DNA of 64,000 bases from Piromyces finnis finn (taxonomy: Eukaryota > Fungi > Neocallimastigomycota). The notes beneath the pieces were generated by a model. The model was not told where the DNA came from. It saw nothing but the letters and a program-made list of their open reading frames with translations, and ran no database searches. This document shows positions 20,571 to 35,525 of this stretch, one piece after another. How positions within the stretch are numbered: position 1 is the first letter of the stretch; the number at the start of each line of letters is the position of its first letter. A program made the translations under genes and the position numbers. The stretch is from positions 62,001 to 126,000 of the forward strand of contig MCFH01000034.1 in the NCBI GenBank assembly GCA_002104945.1, in the 5' to 3' direction.

Positions 20571-22160
20571 TTAGTGACGTAAAATAACACGCTTAATAAT
20601 ATCTCTAACAGTTGGACCTTGTAAACTAGCCTTTAAGGTATTACCGAAAGTTTGGCGAATAGTTTCTGGGGCTTGGTTGTAAGTTCTACGGACCATTGGA
20701 CCGGTAATCTTCTTAATAGTGTATCTTGGAGAAACGTGAAGAGAATCACGAGTAACCTTGTTTGGAACATCCTTGTTTGGATGGAACTTTAAGGCATGAG
20801 CCTTCTTGTTAGCAACAGTTTCTCTTAAGTATTCAACTGGGGAAGCAATTAAAATAGCAGTTAAAGAACCAGTAGTACCAGCAATGGCTGGAATGTACCA
20901 TGGAACAATTGGGTTTTCTGGATGATCTTTTTCCCACTTTTTCTTTAAAGCCTTAAGGTAAACTTCATCCATAGTATAATACCACATAAGGGTTGGAGCA
21001 GCAATGTTGTAATTAGTGATGTAACCCTTGTATAAACTACCAATACCATTAGCTTTAGCCATTTGGAATAAAGCCTTACCGATACATGGAGTCTTAACCT
21101 TAACACCGTTCTTAGCAGCAATAGCTAATTGTTCAGCTCTCCAATTGTAAGCCTTAGTTAATGGATAAATAACACCAGTTTGAGTGGCAACAGCACAAGC
21201 AGCAGCAAGTAAAGATTGACAAACTGGATGTAAATCTGGTAAATAAGTCTTAGTACCAGCCTTATATAAACCATAACTAGCAACAAGAATACCAGAACCG
21301 TTAACCTTGTATTTAATTAAGTAAGACCAGTCCTTAACAAATTGCTTGTAATTAAAGACAGTTTTTAAAGCACCATTAGCACCTGGAACTTTAAGGAAAT
21401 GCTTTTGTGGTAAACCTTCGAATGGGTAGAATCCAATTTCTATTATTACAAAAAAAATAATTATTATTAATCTTTATACAATATTTTTATTCAAAATGCT
21501 AAGTAAAAATTATTGTTATCTATTTATATATTCTTAATAAATTATTTAATAACTTATTGTCATCTATTTTTAAATGTTTTATATTTTTATAATATTTTAG
21601 TACTAAAATATATATATTTATTAAACTATTTTTTTATTATCTATATTATATAATTTTGTCTTTTCCTTTAGATTTTTATTTACATTTTTTTTTAATTTAA
21701 TTATTGCGTTATGTCTATAATAAATTAAATAAGCATATAATATAGCCTAATATATTAAAATAATTAATTCTCAATTATTTATTATTATGAATAATTTATG
21801 TATATATTGATTCTTTTTAAATATATCCTTAATAAATATCATCCTTTTATTAAATCTTATTTATAAATATTAAAATAACAATGAATTTTCCGGAAAAAAA
21901 TATATATATATTTTTACTCAGAATAAAATTTTATGATTATTATGTGGGGAATAAATTTTAATAACATATAAATGTAAATAATGTTTTAATTTATTCTTAC
22001 CAGCAAAGAAAGCACCACCAGCACCAACAACATAACTAGTTAACCAACTCTTTGGAGTAACTTGACCGTTAAATAAACTTGGACCCTTCTTTTGTTCAGC
22101 ATTAAGGTCATTACTGAATTTGGCCATAGCGGCCATAGTAAGAGCTCTTGGCATAGCCAT
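20571..22160 (-). CDS. Divergent mitochondrial carrier family (SLC25-like) protein, 342 aa; exons 22001-22160 and 20571-21439
   Basis: A 561-nt GT-AG intron gives a 1029-nt ORF. Three odd helices end in Pro motifs (GFYPFEGL, VIYPLTKA, IASPVEYLR). A GIGSLYKGY motif and QSLLAAACA / AIAGTTGSL helix starts are present. Confidence 0.78.
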
Positions 22161-24350
22161 TTTTATATATTATTTTATCTAATTTCATTATTATTGAATA
22201 TTTTTATTTATTTTAATAATTAATATTCACAAATATAATAAAATATTTTATATAAATATAAGGATATAGGTATATTATTATATTATTATAATATATCAAT
22301 AATAACATTAATAAAGTTAATATTATAAATCAATATTATTCATTTATTTTTAATTAAAAATTTATTTTCAATAAATATTTTTCCTAACATCTTATCTAAT
22401 AATCTTTTTATTTAATCGATATATAATATGTTTTTCTCTCTCTTTTTTTTTTTTTTTTTTTTCTATCCTGTCTCTCTTTCTTTATAATTTATTATTATTA
22501 CCTTTTATTTAATAAAAAAAAATTTTGTCTTAGTGTTTTTTTTTTTTATTAAAATTGGTGAATAAAAAAAAAATCGCAAAAAAAAAAATTTTTATATTCT
22601 TAATATTTTTTTTTTCTTTTTGCTATTTACAATAAATGATAATCAAAAAATTAATTAATCAATTATAATAATATATTATTACAACATATTATTATATTAT
22701 TAATTCATTTTATTAAATGTATGAAAATAATCACACATTATCTAGATATTATTGGATATATTTCTTAGGATACATTACATTTTGTAATTATATTTCTTTT
22801 TTAGTAAGTTAAATATAATGTATGTAATATAATAAATTTATTTAAAAAAAATAAATTGATAAACAACATAAAAAAAAATAAATATAAATGTAAATTTTCT
22901 CAATTCAAAAAAAAAAAAAAGGTTAAAAATGCATATTTAATTTAGTAATTAAATCAAAAAAGAAAAAATTAAACTTTGAAGTATTTCAAAATATTTATGT
23001 ATATTCAACTATTCAACTTGATAATAAAATAATATTTATTAATAGTGTTTAGATTAAAAAAAAAAAAAATTAAAAATATAAATATGATTCGCTAAAAATT
23101 TAATATATTAATTCATTATTTTTGATTGATAGAAATAATATAAATTATTATTTATAAATTGAATAAATACGATGGTTGTCATGTGATATAATAATATGGA
23201 AAATAGATTTATGCTTAAAGATTATATAAAAAAATTTTATGAATCAAATAATACTTCTACAGTAAGCAAAGCTCTTTAATATCTAAATAATAATTTCATA
23301 TATTCAATGCATTTTATATATTTTAATCTGCAAAATATATGACTATTGATATTTTATATTTTTAATATAAAATATTTTGTATATAAAAATAATTATTAAA
23401 AAGATAATAATTTTAATTATCATTAGAATAAAATACATTTCCAAAATTTTATATAAAATTGAAATTTTTTACTTCTTTACTTTTATAAAATATAAAAAAA
23501 ATATATAGCATAATAAAATAAGAAATTTTATAAACTATTTAAAATAATTTTAATTACTGTTGCTTTTAGCAATTTCCATATTTAATATAATTAAATATAT
23601 ACGATAATAAAATATAAAAACTATATATTATAAAATAAAAAAGTGTTTAATAATTTTACTGCTTTTATTTATTAATGACTCTTTTCCATAGTCATTTTTC
23701 TTTCGCTATTGGTATATATTAATAAAAATCAATACAAATATATAAAAATTATATGTATAATAGAAAAATAAAAAAAAAGAAAAAGAAAAGAAAAAAAACT
23801 TATAATTATAAAATTAAATTTAAAAAGTTTAAATTATAAATTATTTTTAAATACAAAAATATAATTGTTTAAAAATAACTAAATATTATTTTCGCTCTTT
23901 ATCCGTATGTTATTATTTAGAGTTGTGAAGAATTTTTATAACCGATTAGATAATAAAAATACAAGCATTACTTTAATAAAATTTAATAATTTTGGTTGTT
24001 TTATTTTCTATATTATTATGTTGTTATTTTTGTGTGTGTATTTGAATGAATATGTTTTTTCTTATATCTTTTTTTTGTTTTATTTCTTATTTTTTTATTT
24101 ATTTACTTTTTTTTACTATTTTGATGCTTTTATTTTGTTATTTTTTTTTTAATTATATTTTATTCTTTTTTCTAAAAATTTTTTAGTAGTTTTTGTCATA
24201 TTTTTGTTATACTTTTCCTTATTATTGAAATATAATTTTGAATTTATTGTGACATGATTTGATTTTTATTTAATTGATAAAGAAATATTATATTTACATT
24301 TTTTATTTTCCAGATATTTAATAATAAATAGATATTTCAAAAAATGCAAA

Positions 24351-27300
24351 TTATGATATATCCATATTATCATTTGGCATTTGTTGTCTTCCCTGAGAAG
24401 GATTAAGAAGATAGGAAATAGAATTTTGTTTATTATTATAACTATCATAGTCTATTTTTTCATTTGAGTTATCATACACAAAATTTTTTCCATGGTTTTT
24501 TGGAACTGTATAACTCTTCGTTGGATCTACTTGTTGATTTTCTTCCATCATATATTTATTTAAAGGATATGTATTATTTCTATTGATAATTTCTTCTTCA
24601 TTATTTGAACTTCTTATAGTGTATGATCTATCATCAATATTTCTTAAAGTAAAATCACTTTTGTTTGATAAAATTGATGGATTTGAATGAATACTTTCAT
24701 TCTTGATACTTCTTGATGGTGCTGAATAACTATTAGAATACATACTACTTGGCTCAGAAGAAAGAGATGGTGTATTTCTTTCAATATTTCCATTAATTTG
24801 ATTGTTATCAACAACATTATTTGGGGATAAGAAATTTTGGTTTGTCGATTCAGTTATTGGATTATTGATAATTTCAGAATCCATTTCTAATGAATTTGGA
24901 GAATTAAGATAACTAATATTACTGCCTCTTGAAAGACGATGAATTTTCTTAACATTTTGTGCAGAAATTGGACGTGGTGGACGATTAACTTCATTAGTTA
25001 TATTCATATTAGTAATGGTATTATCAGAAATCATGCTACTGCGATTATTTTGTCCTGAAGAATACTTATTAACAGGTGAATTAGTATAACTTACACTACT
25101 GCGTTTATTAGGATCCATGATGCCCAGAGAACTTGATCTTCGACTATGGTTTGAATGCTCATGAGTAGAGGGTTGCGTATGACTTTGAGATTGAGGTTGA
25201 GTATTAAGTGGATTGTTTAACGAATGTGTTCTTTGATTATTATTTGGTGGATGATAAGATGTACTAATATCTCTTGAAGAATTATTATTGAAATTACTGT
25301 TACTTAATCTATTATTTAAGGATTGGTTTCTTGGGGATTCTATGCGACTATTTCCATTCTTATTATAAGAATGATGAGAATGTGTATTTGATGATACACT
25401 TTGAGTTATATTTGGTTGAATATTCGATGACATATTCATATTTCCTGAACTATAACTTCCACTTTTATTAATAGAATCATGTAAAGAACTATTTCCTGTA
25501 TTTTGAGTAAAGGTACTACTATGTGTTGATTCTGAAGAAGTACATCTTCTTTTATTATAAAGAGATCCATCCTCATCAAATGATTCATTATTTAAGCTTT
25601 GTATATCTGATAGATAATCAATTTCTCGATTATCATTTACTATAATTATTTATATTTATAAGTATAATTTAAAAATGATTAGAAATTTATTTATTATTAA
25701 GCTTAAATTTTTCTATTGATTTTTAAAAAAAATTACTTAAAAGAAAAAAAAATTAAATAAAAATAAAAATATAATAGTAGAAATAATAATATAAAAATTA
25801 CATTTTTCCTTCTTTTCCCTTTTATATAATAATTATTAAAAATCAAAAACTATAAAAATTTCAAAATTATATTAATTCTATATTATCTATCAATAATTTC
25901 TTTGTTTAATATATTTCCTCTTTCTATCTTGATATCTTCCATTATCCTCCACTTATATAGTATATTATTGCATTTTTGAATTTTAAGAATAAAAAAAATC
26001 AAAATCATAAATAATCATTAAAAAGATAATATCAATATATATAATTATATATTTGACAAATCATTCAAATAGATTTCATCAAAATATATAGAAAAAGCAT
26101 TATAAATCTTTTTCCACAATAACAAAAAAAAAAAGATTTTTATAAAAATAGAAAAAAATATTTTTTAATATATTAAAATTTCACTTTAAATATGTTATAC
26201 TAACCTTTAAGATTTTCTAATATGCTAACTAAATTATAATAAATTTTTCCGTTATTAGCCTTCATATTATTATACTTTATATCTATATCTGTATTTAATT
26301 TTTGTAAGCTATCGATTTGATTTTGTAATTTAGAATTAATAATATGAAGTTCATTATTTTCAATTCTCATTCTATCCATAAGTTGTCTCATGTTATTATA
26401 TTCTCTTTGAAGTTGGCTATGTGATATTTTTAATTCGTTTAATTCGATTTGAAGACTTTGAATATCTTCATCATTCTTATTTTTCTTTTTGCTTATATAT
26501 TTTAAAAGTTCTGGTTTATTTTCAATAAAATTTTCATTCTGGAACTTAAAAGATTGATCATCAATTTTTTTGTATGAAAAACCATAACTAACATTATAAA
26601 AAAGGAAGCAATAACATTTATTAAATAATTTTTCAATTACTAGTCATTTATTAATAATAACATTTTCATCTATTTAATTAAAAATACTTTTAACTTACGT
26701 ATTTAATTGTCTCGTGAAACTATTAAACTTATTGTGTTTAAAATCTATATTTCATTTAATGAATTAATATTGAGTTATCCCGCCTTAAAATTTAATAATA
26801 TTTTATTTTATAAATTATATTAATAATACTAACACATAGGAAGAGCTCTCCCTGAAAATTCATTAATATTTTTAATAACAACTGATACTTTATCTTCATG
26901 CCATGATATTAAATCTGAAATTTCTGGATTATTTAACATTTCTCTAAAAAAGTAAATGCATCACATATCATTAATACATATGTAATTATATAAATAATAA
27001 GTTTGTTTATTCATACTTACATTAATTTTCCTATAAAATTCTATTTGGATTTTATAAAATATTAATATTAATAATAATCAATAATAATAATTATTAAATT
27101 ATATTTTTTTTTAATTTTTTTTTTTTTGACTCATTTTTATATGAATTTTTTATATATTAATAAATTATGATATTTACTTGTTTTTGAAAGTCTTGATATT
27201 TTATCGAAGAATCATGACTACTTATACTAATAACATTATACATTATAAAATAATTTATATATTATAAATTAATTTCATTAATAAAAAGAGAAAAGTAAAA

Positions 27301-27907
27301 AGATTTTTAATTTAAAAGCTATGCTTTTTAAAACAAACCTTGCGGAATCCTATTATTTTAAAAATATAAGATAATGCATCAATATTTATTTGATTTTATA
27401 AAATATAAAAGTTTTTTGTTATTTTAATTAAAAAAAACATAATAAATAATATTATTACAAAATAAACATTTGTTTTAAAAGTATACATTTTTATATTTCA
27501 ATATTGAATATACATATTTATACTTTTTAATCTTATATAGTTACCTTTTTTAATACACCATTTTGTGAATAATCAATAAATTTTGTATTTAAATTATTTG
27601 ACATTGCCATATCACTTATAGTCATCGGATTATTCATGCTCATATTATTATTCATATTATTATTCATATTAATATTATTATTCATACTATTCATTGAATT
27701 CATCTCTTTAATATTTCCATTCATATTATTTATGCTATTTGACACACTAGAAGAATCACTATTATAATTACTTATGCTATTTGTATTACTACATAATTCA
27801 TTATTATTCATCATATTATTTTGTCCTGAACTTGTCCCGTAATCAAGAGAATTTCTATTTTTGTATTCTTGTTCGTTATTATATGATTTTGAAGAAATAT
27901 ACTGCAT
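24351..27907 (-). CDS. HSF-type DNA-binding-domain transcription factor with coiled coil and Ser/Asn-rich tail; about 8 exons including 11-nt and 20-nt microexons
   Basis: The spliced DBD reads QNFIGKLIEMLNNPEISDLISW...[28 protein letters not shown]...FQNENF. A heptad region (LQIELNELKISHSQLQREYNNMRQLMDRMR) follows, and a phase-1 intron 25640-26204 joins in frame to ORF 24351-25439. Confidence 0.88.
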
Positions 27908-29791
27908 TTTTTTTTTAAAAAAAAAAAAGGATTGTTTTTATAACCAAGATAGAAATTAGATTTTTTTTTTTTTTTTTTTTTTTTAATATTAAAAAGAGAA
28001 AAAAATAAGAATATGCTTTGGTTGATTAGTTTTAAATTAGAATAGCAGTAATTTTTTATTTCTTTATATTAATAACTCTATACTGTATTTGTTTATTTTT
28101 ATAATTCGTCTTAATATCAATATTTCTTATATATTTTTATAAATATTCTTTTTTTCTTTATAAAAAAAAAATATATAATAAAATAAAAACAAAAAAAATA
28201 AAAATATATAAATATATTAATAGTAGATATATTAATAATAATTTAATTAAATAATATATTAATTTTAAATAATATATAACTATATAATATAATATTTATA
28301 TTAGAATTATGTTTATCAATTTATTATTATGAGATAATAATTTATCATTAATATAAATATTATACTGATACTTCACTTTTTTAAAATTTTTAACTATTAT
28401 CCTTTGTTGGTGTTTAAAATTTTAAACTATTAACCAAAATTGGTGATGATTATTTTATTTAAATAAAAGTCATGTTTATATTTAAAATAGTTTAAATATT
28501 GAGTAAAATTGTTTTTTAAATTATATTACTATTTTAAATTAAAATAGTTTAAATATTTTATAAAACAATCTTTATATAATAAAAGAGAAGAACTTTTTTT
28601 TGTTAAATTTAAATTTAATTATTTTTAAATTAAGTTGAAGCTTCTTATATTAAATAAAATTTACTATAATTCCAAGAAATCTAAATATAATTATATCATA
28701 AAACTAGAAAAAAAAAATTTTAAGAAATTTGGCTACAAATATATTAAAATTTGTTTAAGAAACTTCTTAATAAATTAAATAAAAATTGAATAAATATTTT
28801 AAGTTATTTTAAAAAAGAAAAAAAAATGTCAGGAAATAATTATTAATTCAATATAAAAAAAATGTTCCATAACAATAATAAAATAAATAAAAAAAATTAA
28901 GATAATAAAAAAAATAATTAAGGTATTTTGAAAATATTTGACAAAATAATTTTCAATTTAAATAATATATATAATTAGTGGTATAAAACACTAATTTTTA
29001 TTTAAAGTTCATAATCATCACAGATAAAACTGTCTGTATAAAGGGATTATCTGTTTCTAAAAGACATAAACTTCTTTTGGGAAAGAAATTATCAGAATTA
29101 TCAAAATGATTATTAAATTTATTTATTTGGAAATTAAAAAAAATAAAACAATAAGAATTCCTTAAAAATAGGAGAAAAAATTTAAATAATAAATTTCATA
29201 GGACAAAAAATTTATAAATAATTAATTTTTAATTTGATATTTGATAAGAAAAAAAATTTAATTGAAATTTATAATAAACTTTCTTTTCATTTATTAAATA
29301 ATTCAAATCACTATAAAATCTTCTTTCTAATATATAAAAATATACTCCATTTAAATTAATATATTGTAAATAAAAAAATATTATTTGTATTGTTGTCATT
29401 ATATTAATATATATTTCTATTTATTTAATATACAGCATATATTAATATACATATATTTTAATAAACTTTCATTTTTTAATATAATATATATAATTAATAC
29501 ATAACTTCAATATAAGCATTATTCCATCATTTATTATGAATATATTATAATAAATGACTAATTTAAAATAAAATATTTTTTATTAATAAATATAATATGT
29601 AGAAATAATTGTTTTGTTATACTGTACACATATTTTAATTTATTTCAATGTATTATTTTATATTATAAATATATTATATTAATTTAAAGCCAATTATATT
29701 AATTATATTAATAGTATTGTCATATATTAACAAAAAAAAGATTTCTTTCTCTTATTCATTACAAATTTTTCAAAAATTGACAGAATTGAAA

Positions 29792-30018
<227 letters not shown>

Positions 30019-33000
30019 ATTATTATGTTTATTATTATGTTTATTATTATTTAAAATATAATTAAACTATTTGTTTTCATAAAAAAGATTGTATCTATAT
30101 TTTGTATTTTTAATTACTATTTCTATATTATATGATTATAAATATTAAGAAATATAATGTTCTTTAATATATCTATGACAAAGAATATTTTTCTAATTAT
30201 TAATATCAAAAGGAAATTATCAGCTAAAAATAGCCAAGTATAAAGAATGGTAAACAAACTTTTTTATAATTACATATGTCAATATGTATTGTTGTTTAAA
30301 AAAAAAGCCTTATTTATTTTTAGGAAACAAATAATAAATAGTAATTAATGCATTCCTAAATTTAATAATTATGTGCATATTAAATTTGTTTTAAAAACAT
30401 AAAAATTATCTAAAGAAATCTTTAAATATACTATTAAAGGAAATATTACTATCAATAATATTAATATTATACTATTCTGAAGATTTAAAATGTTGTGTTA
30501 ATTATAAAAAAAATGATTTTTAAATAATATTATAATAAAATATTGAAAGTATCAACAATTATAATTATGATGAATTAATAAAAAAAAAAAAAAGGAAATT
30601 ATTTAATGATATAATATTATAAGAAATTATAAAAAAAAAAAAAACAACGTTTTTCCTATAACAAACAGAAATTCTAATGGTATTTTTTAATATATCAGTA
30701 AACAGAATTCTTTTCTATATTATAAATTAATAATAAAAAAGATGAATAATTAAATATAACTATATATAGGAAATCAATGGTTATTGGGTAAGAAATTATT
30801 TGCATTTAATTTATAACGTTGTACGTTATTGTAAATGTAAATAATTGTATTTCCCATTTATTACATATTTTGAATAAATATTTTATTATAAATTATTATG
30901 AACGATTTGATAATTTACCTTTAAATAATTTTAAATATGAGAAAAAATCATACGTTTTTTTTTTTTTTATTTTAAAAATTAATAAAAAAAATGCTAACTA
31001 CCATTTTTATTGTGTCATTTTTAAATACTTATGTCTACATTTATTGAGATATTGTTTATTTTGTTCTATATTTAATAAATATATTTAATAAATATAATGA
31101 ATGTAGTATGAACAGTATATAAAAAAAATACATATTTAATACCAATTATACAAATACACTTATTTATTTATCATATATAATATCAATTAAAAAAATAAAG
31201 TTTATTTTCCAAAATTACTAAAATGAATATAATAAAAACAATGCTTTTATTCTACCATTAAACTAACAAATTTAGGTTAATATTCTTTTTGTTACAGTTT
31301 ATATGGATAAAAAAATTTTTTCCATTATTATTCCATATATTATAATTCATACTTATTTACATATTTATATATTATATTAATTATCATTTAATATATTATT
31401 AATATAATAAACAAAGAAAAAGGATAAATAATAATTTATTACCTTTTAACCTTAAATTTTTTTTAAATCTTAACTATTACTAAAAATAATTTGAATAAGT
31501 TTTAATTAATAATAAAATCATCTATATATTTTAATATATGAAAATAATTCTTTTATTGGAAATCTTTAATTTCAGTTATATTACTTTTGAAATTCTTTAA
31601 TTTATAAATTTTAAATAATAATATATTGGTTAATTTATTGGTTAATATATGATAATCTTGGAAATTTTTCTGTCAAACAGTTCATCCAATAACTATTTAC
31701 AAAAAATAATAAATAAAAATAAAACAATCGAAAATATTATTGGTCAGAATAATAAATAAACTATTAAAGAATTATATATGTAAACAATATTAAAGTAATG
31801 TAATGTATGATACATGAATGGAAAATTATTATAGTAAAAGAATACCAGAAAAAAAAATATAAATTTCTTTTAGTAAAAACCTTTTTTTGTAAATATTTCA
31901 TTGTTTTTTTATTAATAGAAAATATATATAAATTCACATCATAATTCGAAAAAATATTTTCTTTAAATTTATATTCAAATTTATAAACTATTTTAAATTA
32001 TCATTTTATTTTAGACTACCAATTATATTGCCTCATTTTAATGTATAATTAAGTTATCATTTCTTTTAAAAATAATAATAATAAACAAACTTTTAAACTT
32101 TGTTTTCTTACATTATTAACTTTTTTAAGAAAAAGAAGTAAAAAACCTACATTTTATATATTCAATATAAAAATGCTTCTTTAGTTTCTTTTCTCTTTAA
32201 TTGTCAATATAAATTGATATAAATATATAAACAGAAATTAAAGATATTGAATTATCATTAAAATTTTTTAAAAAAACTTTAAATTATTAATATATTTAAT
32301 TAAGTTTTAAATTTATCCTATTATTTATACCACTATCAATTAACCAAAATAATTAAAAAAAAAAAAAAACTTTTTTGTATTTAATTTTAAAGTATGACTA
32401 ATAAATATAAAAAAAAAGATATAATAAAATATACCTTTTTTTTATTATTTGTATTTTATTTTTCTGTTGAACTATGCTAAAATATATAAGTTAATGTAAT
32501 GACATTTATTTAAATTAAGAAATTATAAAATATCTTATTATTATAGCTTAACATAATAATTATAATGAAATAATTTTAATTTTTAGAATTTTATCTAAAA
32601 AAAAATATTACAATTATATATATATATATTTTTTTTTTAATAATTTCATTTATCTGCTTTTATTTTGTTATTATAAAGTCATTAATAATTTAATCAATTC
32701 TTTATGCAAAAGTAATAAATTTAATTATTAAAAGAAAATATGATATATATATAAATATAAATTAGTTTATATATAGTGTTATACATTTTTATATTTAATA
32801 TATTAATTTCTGTAGAAAATAACTATATAAAACACCTAATATGTACATTGCAAAAAAATATTGTATTATTTATTATACTATATTTTTATTATAAAAATGT
32901 ATATAAAATTATAGTTTACCTTAAAAATTAAGATTTATAACCCTTTTTTGGCTACATTTTCACCAAATTTTTTAATTTTTAATATATTATTTTATTTATA

Positions 33001-34610
33001 TTATTCATACAGTATTTCAATTAATTAAAAAGTGTATCATATTTTATTTTATTTATCAAATAAATTTACAAAAAGCAAAATAAAAATAAAACATTAATAA
33101 AATATATATAGTATTATAAATGAATAACATTTTTTTACTTTAATAATAAAAAAATATAAAACATATATGTATCACTATATAAAGTAATGAATAATGCAAT
33201 AATTATTTTTTATCTTTGAAGAATATTATATAATAATAAGGAAAAACTTTTTTTTTTACAATACTTATTAATAGAAAAAAAATGACTCACTGTTTTTTAG
33301 TACATAAAATAAAGTAAAACCTTAAATTTTGTATTGATATTAGAGTTTAATTAAGATGACAATGCATATATATTACTAAAAATTGCATTTTAATTATAAA
33401 TATTATAAAATATACTTATTTCTTATTTCTTATTCTTTCCTACTTACATTAATAATAGAGATTTTTTGCTTAATGGAATATAATAAAGAATATATATATA
33501 TATTGAGAATTGTATTTCTATAATAAATTAAATTTTTAAGTTTAAATTTTCTTATTTAAATTATACCTTAATTATTTTATTTATAAATCGTATATTATGT
33601 TGAAGGTCTTTTTTAATATTTCTTTTCCTTATATTCTTATTATTCTGTAATCATTACTTATATTATTGAAGATTTATATTCTAAAAATTAAAAAATTATA
33701 ATTATTCTAATTTATTTTAAGATATAAACTCTGAATTAAAATTTAATATTATTACTACTTATATAATGTAAAAAATTTTTATAATTAGCAATTATTAATC
33801 TTTATATATATTTCTTTATAAATACTAAAGTATTACTATTAATTACTATTAATAATGATAAATTGACATTTCATTACGAGATGAATTCAAATCTTTTTTT
33901 TTTATTTTAAAATCAATTTTTGAAATTTCATTCCAATTCTAAAAGTGAAATTTAATGATATAGAATATTAATTAATAAAGTTTAAAAAAAATTACCTTTT
34001 TGAATTAAAAATGCATTGATAATAAAGATCCAGCAAAAAAAAAATTTTAATTATACGTTTTTTATTTATATTATTACCACAATTTTATTATTTACTAAAT
34101 ATAAAATAATCATAAAGATGCCTAAAAAAATAAAAAAAAAAAAAAAGAAAATAAAATGAAAAATATTTATTTTTATATTTAATAGCTTTTTAAAAAAAGA
34201 TAGAACATTTATACTTATTATAAAATATTTCATTCATTTATTATTAAATAAAGTTTGATATTAATTAAAAATAAAATTTGTGAAACCATAGAGAGAATTT
34301 CTATATTTAATATATATATTAAATCTTCAAAATCAATATAAAATTTGACCTTTTAATAATAGCGTTTTGCAATATATTATCTATATAATACAATATATCA
34401 TTGAGTTAATTCATAAAAATATTAGAGAATGAAAATTCTTTTTAATATATTAATTAATTTATTCCCAATATATTAAAAAATTGAATAATCTTTTACTATA
34501 TATAATTAAACATCTTTATTAAATCTAATTTATATTTATTATGAAGGATTTTTTAAGAAATGATTAAATAATATGATTAGGATTTTTTTATATTTAGTAC
34601 TTTTTTTAAT

Positions 34611-34768
<158 letters not shown>

Positions 34769-35443
34769 TCCAATTATTATTATTTAAACACTGAAAAAAA
34801 AAATAATAATACTATGATAATATTATAATACTTTAATTTCTTTTTCCTTTTTTTATTATTTAAGGTTTTGAATTAAATGATTTCTTTTTTAAGTTATTTA
34901 ATATATTAATGTATTAAATTAAACAGGAGTTACAAAAAAAAAAAAAAAAAAAAACAGAATTTTAGTTGTTCTTTATAATAATCATATAATTATAATAATA
35001 ATAATTTTTCTATTTGGGAAAATAAACAAGAAGTAATAAGTTGATTTTTCTTGAATTTTATAGTATTTTGTATATTAGAGGATTAACACTTTTATAGGAT
35101 AAATGAGTTAAAATTTAATTTATATTATCAAGCAATACAGTTTTTACCTATTAATACATTAATTAGAATTAACCTATTATAGTTTTTTGCATAATCACTA
35201 TAAAAAAAGTTAAAAAGGAAAAAAATTGAAATAAGAATTAATTTCTAAATATATAATGATTATTATATATATAAATAAAAATATAACTAAAATATGAAGA
35301 AAGAAAGATAATAAACCTAATTCTTGTTTATTTTTTTTTATTTCATTTTTCTTTTAAAAAAATATATATATTTTAAGATTATTTTAAATTTTACATTTAA
35401 TAAATATTCCTTTTATTTATTTTTCCATATATTGATGAACTTT

Positions 35444-35525
35444 ATTGAATTTAAATTATGTAAAACTCTAAAAAGTTTACAATAAAAAAGTTAGTTTTTA
35501 GAGTTTCACACAATTTCAATTCAAT
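35444..35525. repeat. Inverted repeat with 31-bp arms (28/31 match) and a 20-nt spacer
   Basis: 35444-35474 ATTGAATTTAAATTATGTAAAACTCTAAAAA versus the reverse complement of 35495-35525, ATTGAATTGAAATTGTGTGAAACTCTAAAAA. Confidence 0.8.

Noticed and set aside
29020-29105. Cluster of four GATAA/TTATC motifs
   Set aside because: The motif is expected often at this AT content, so enrichment cannot be shown.
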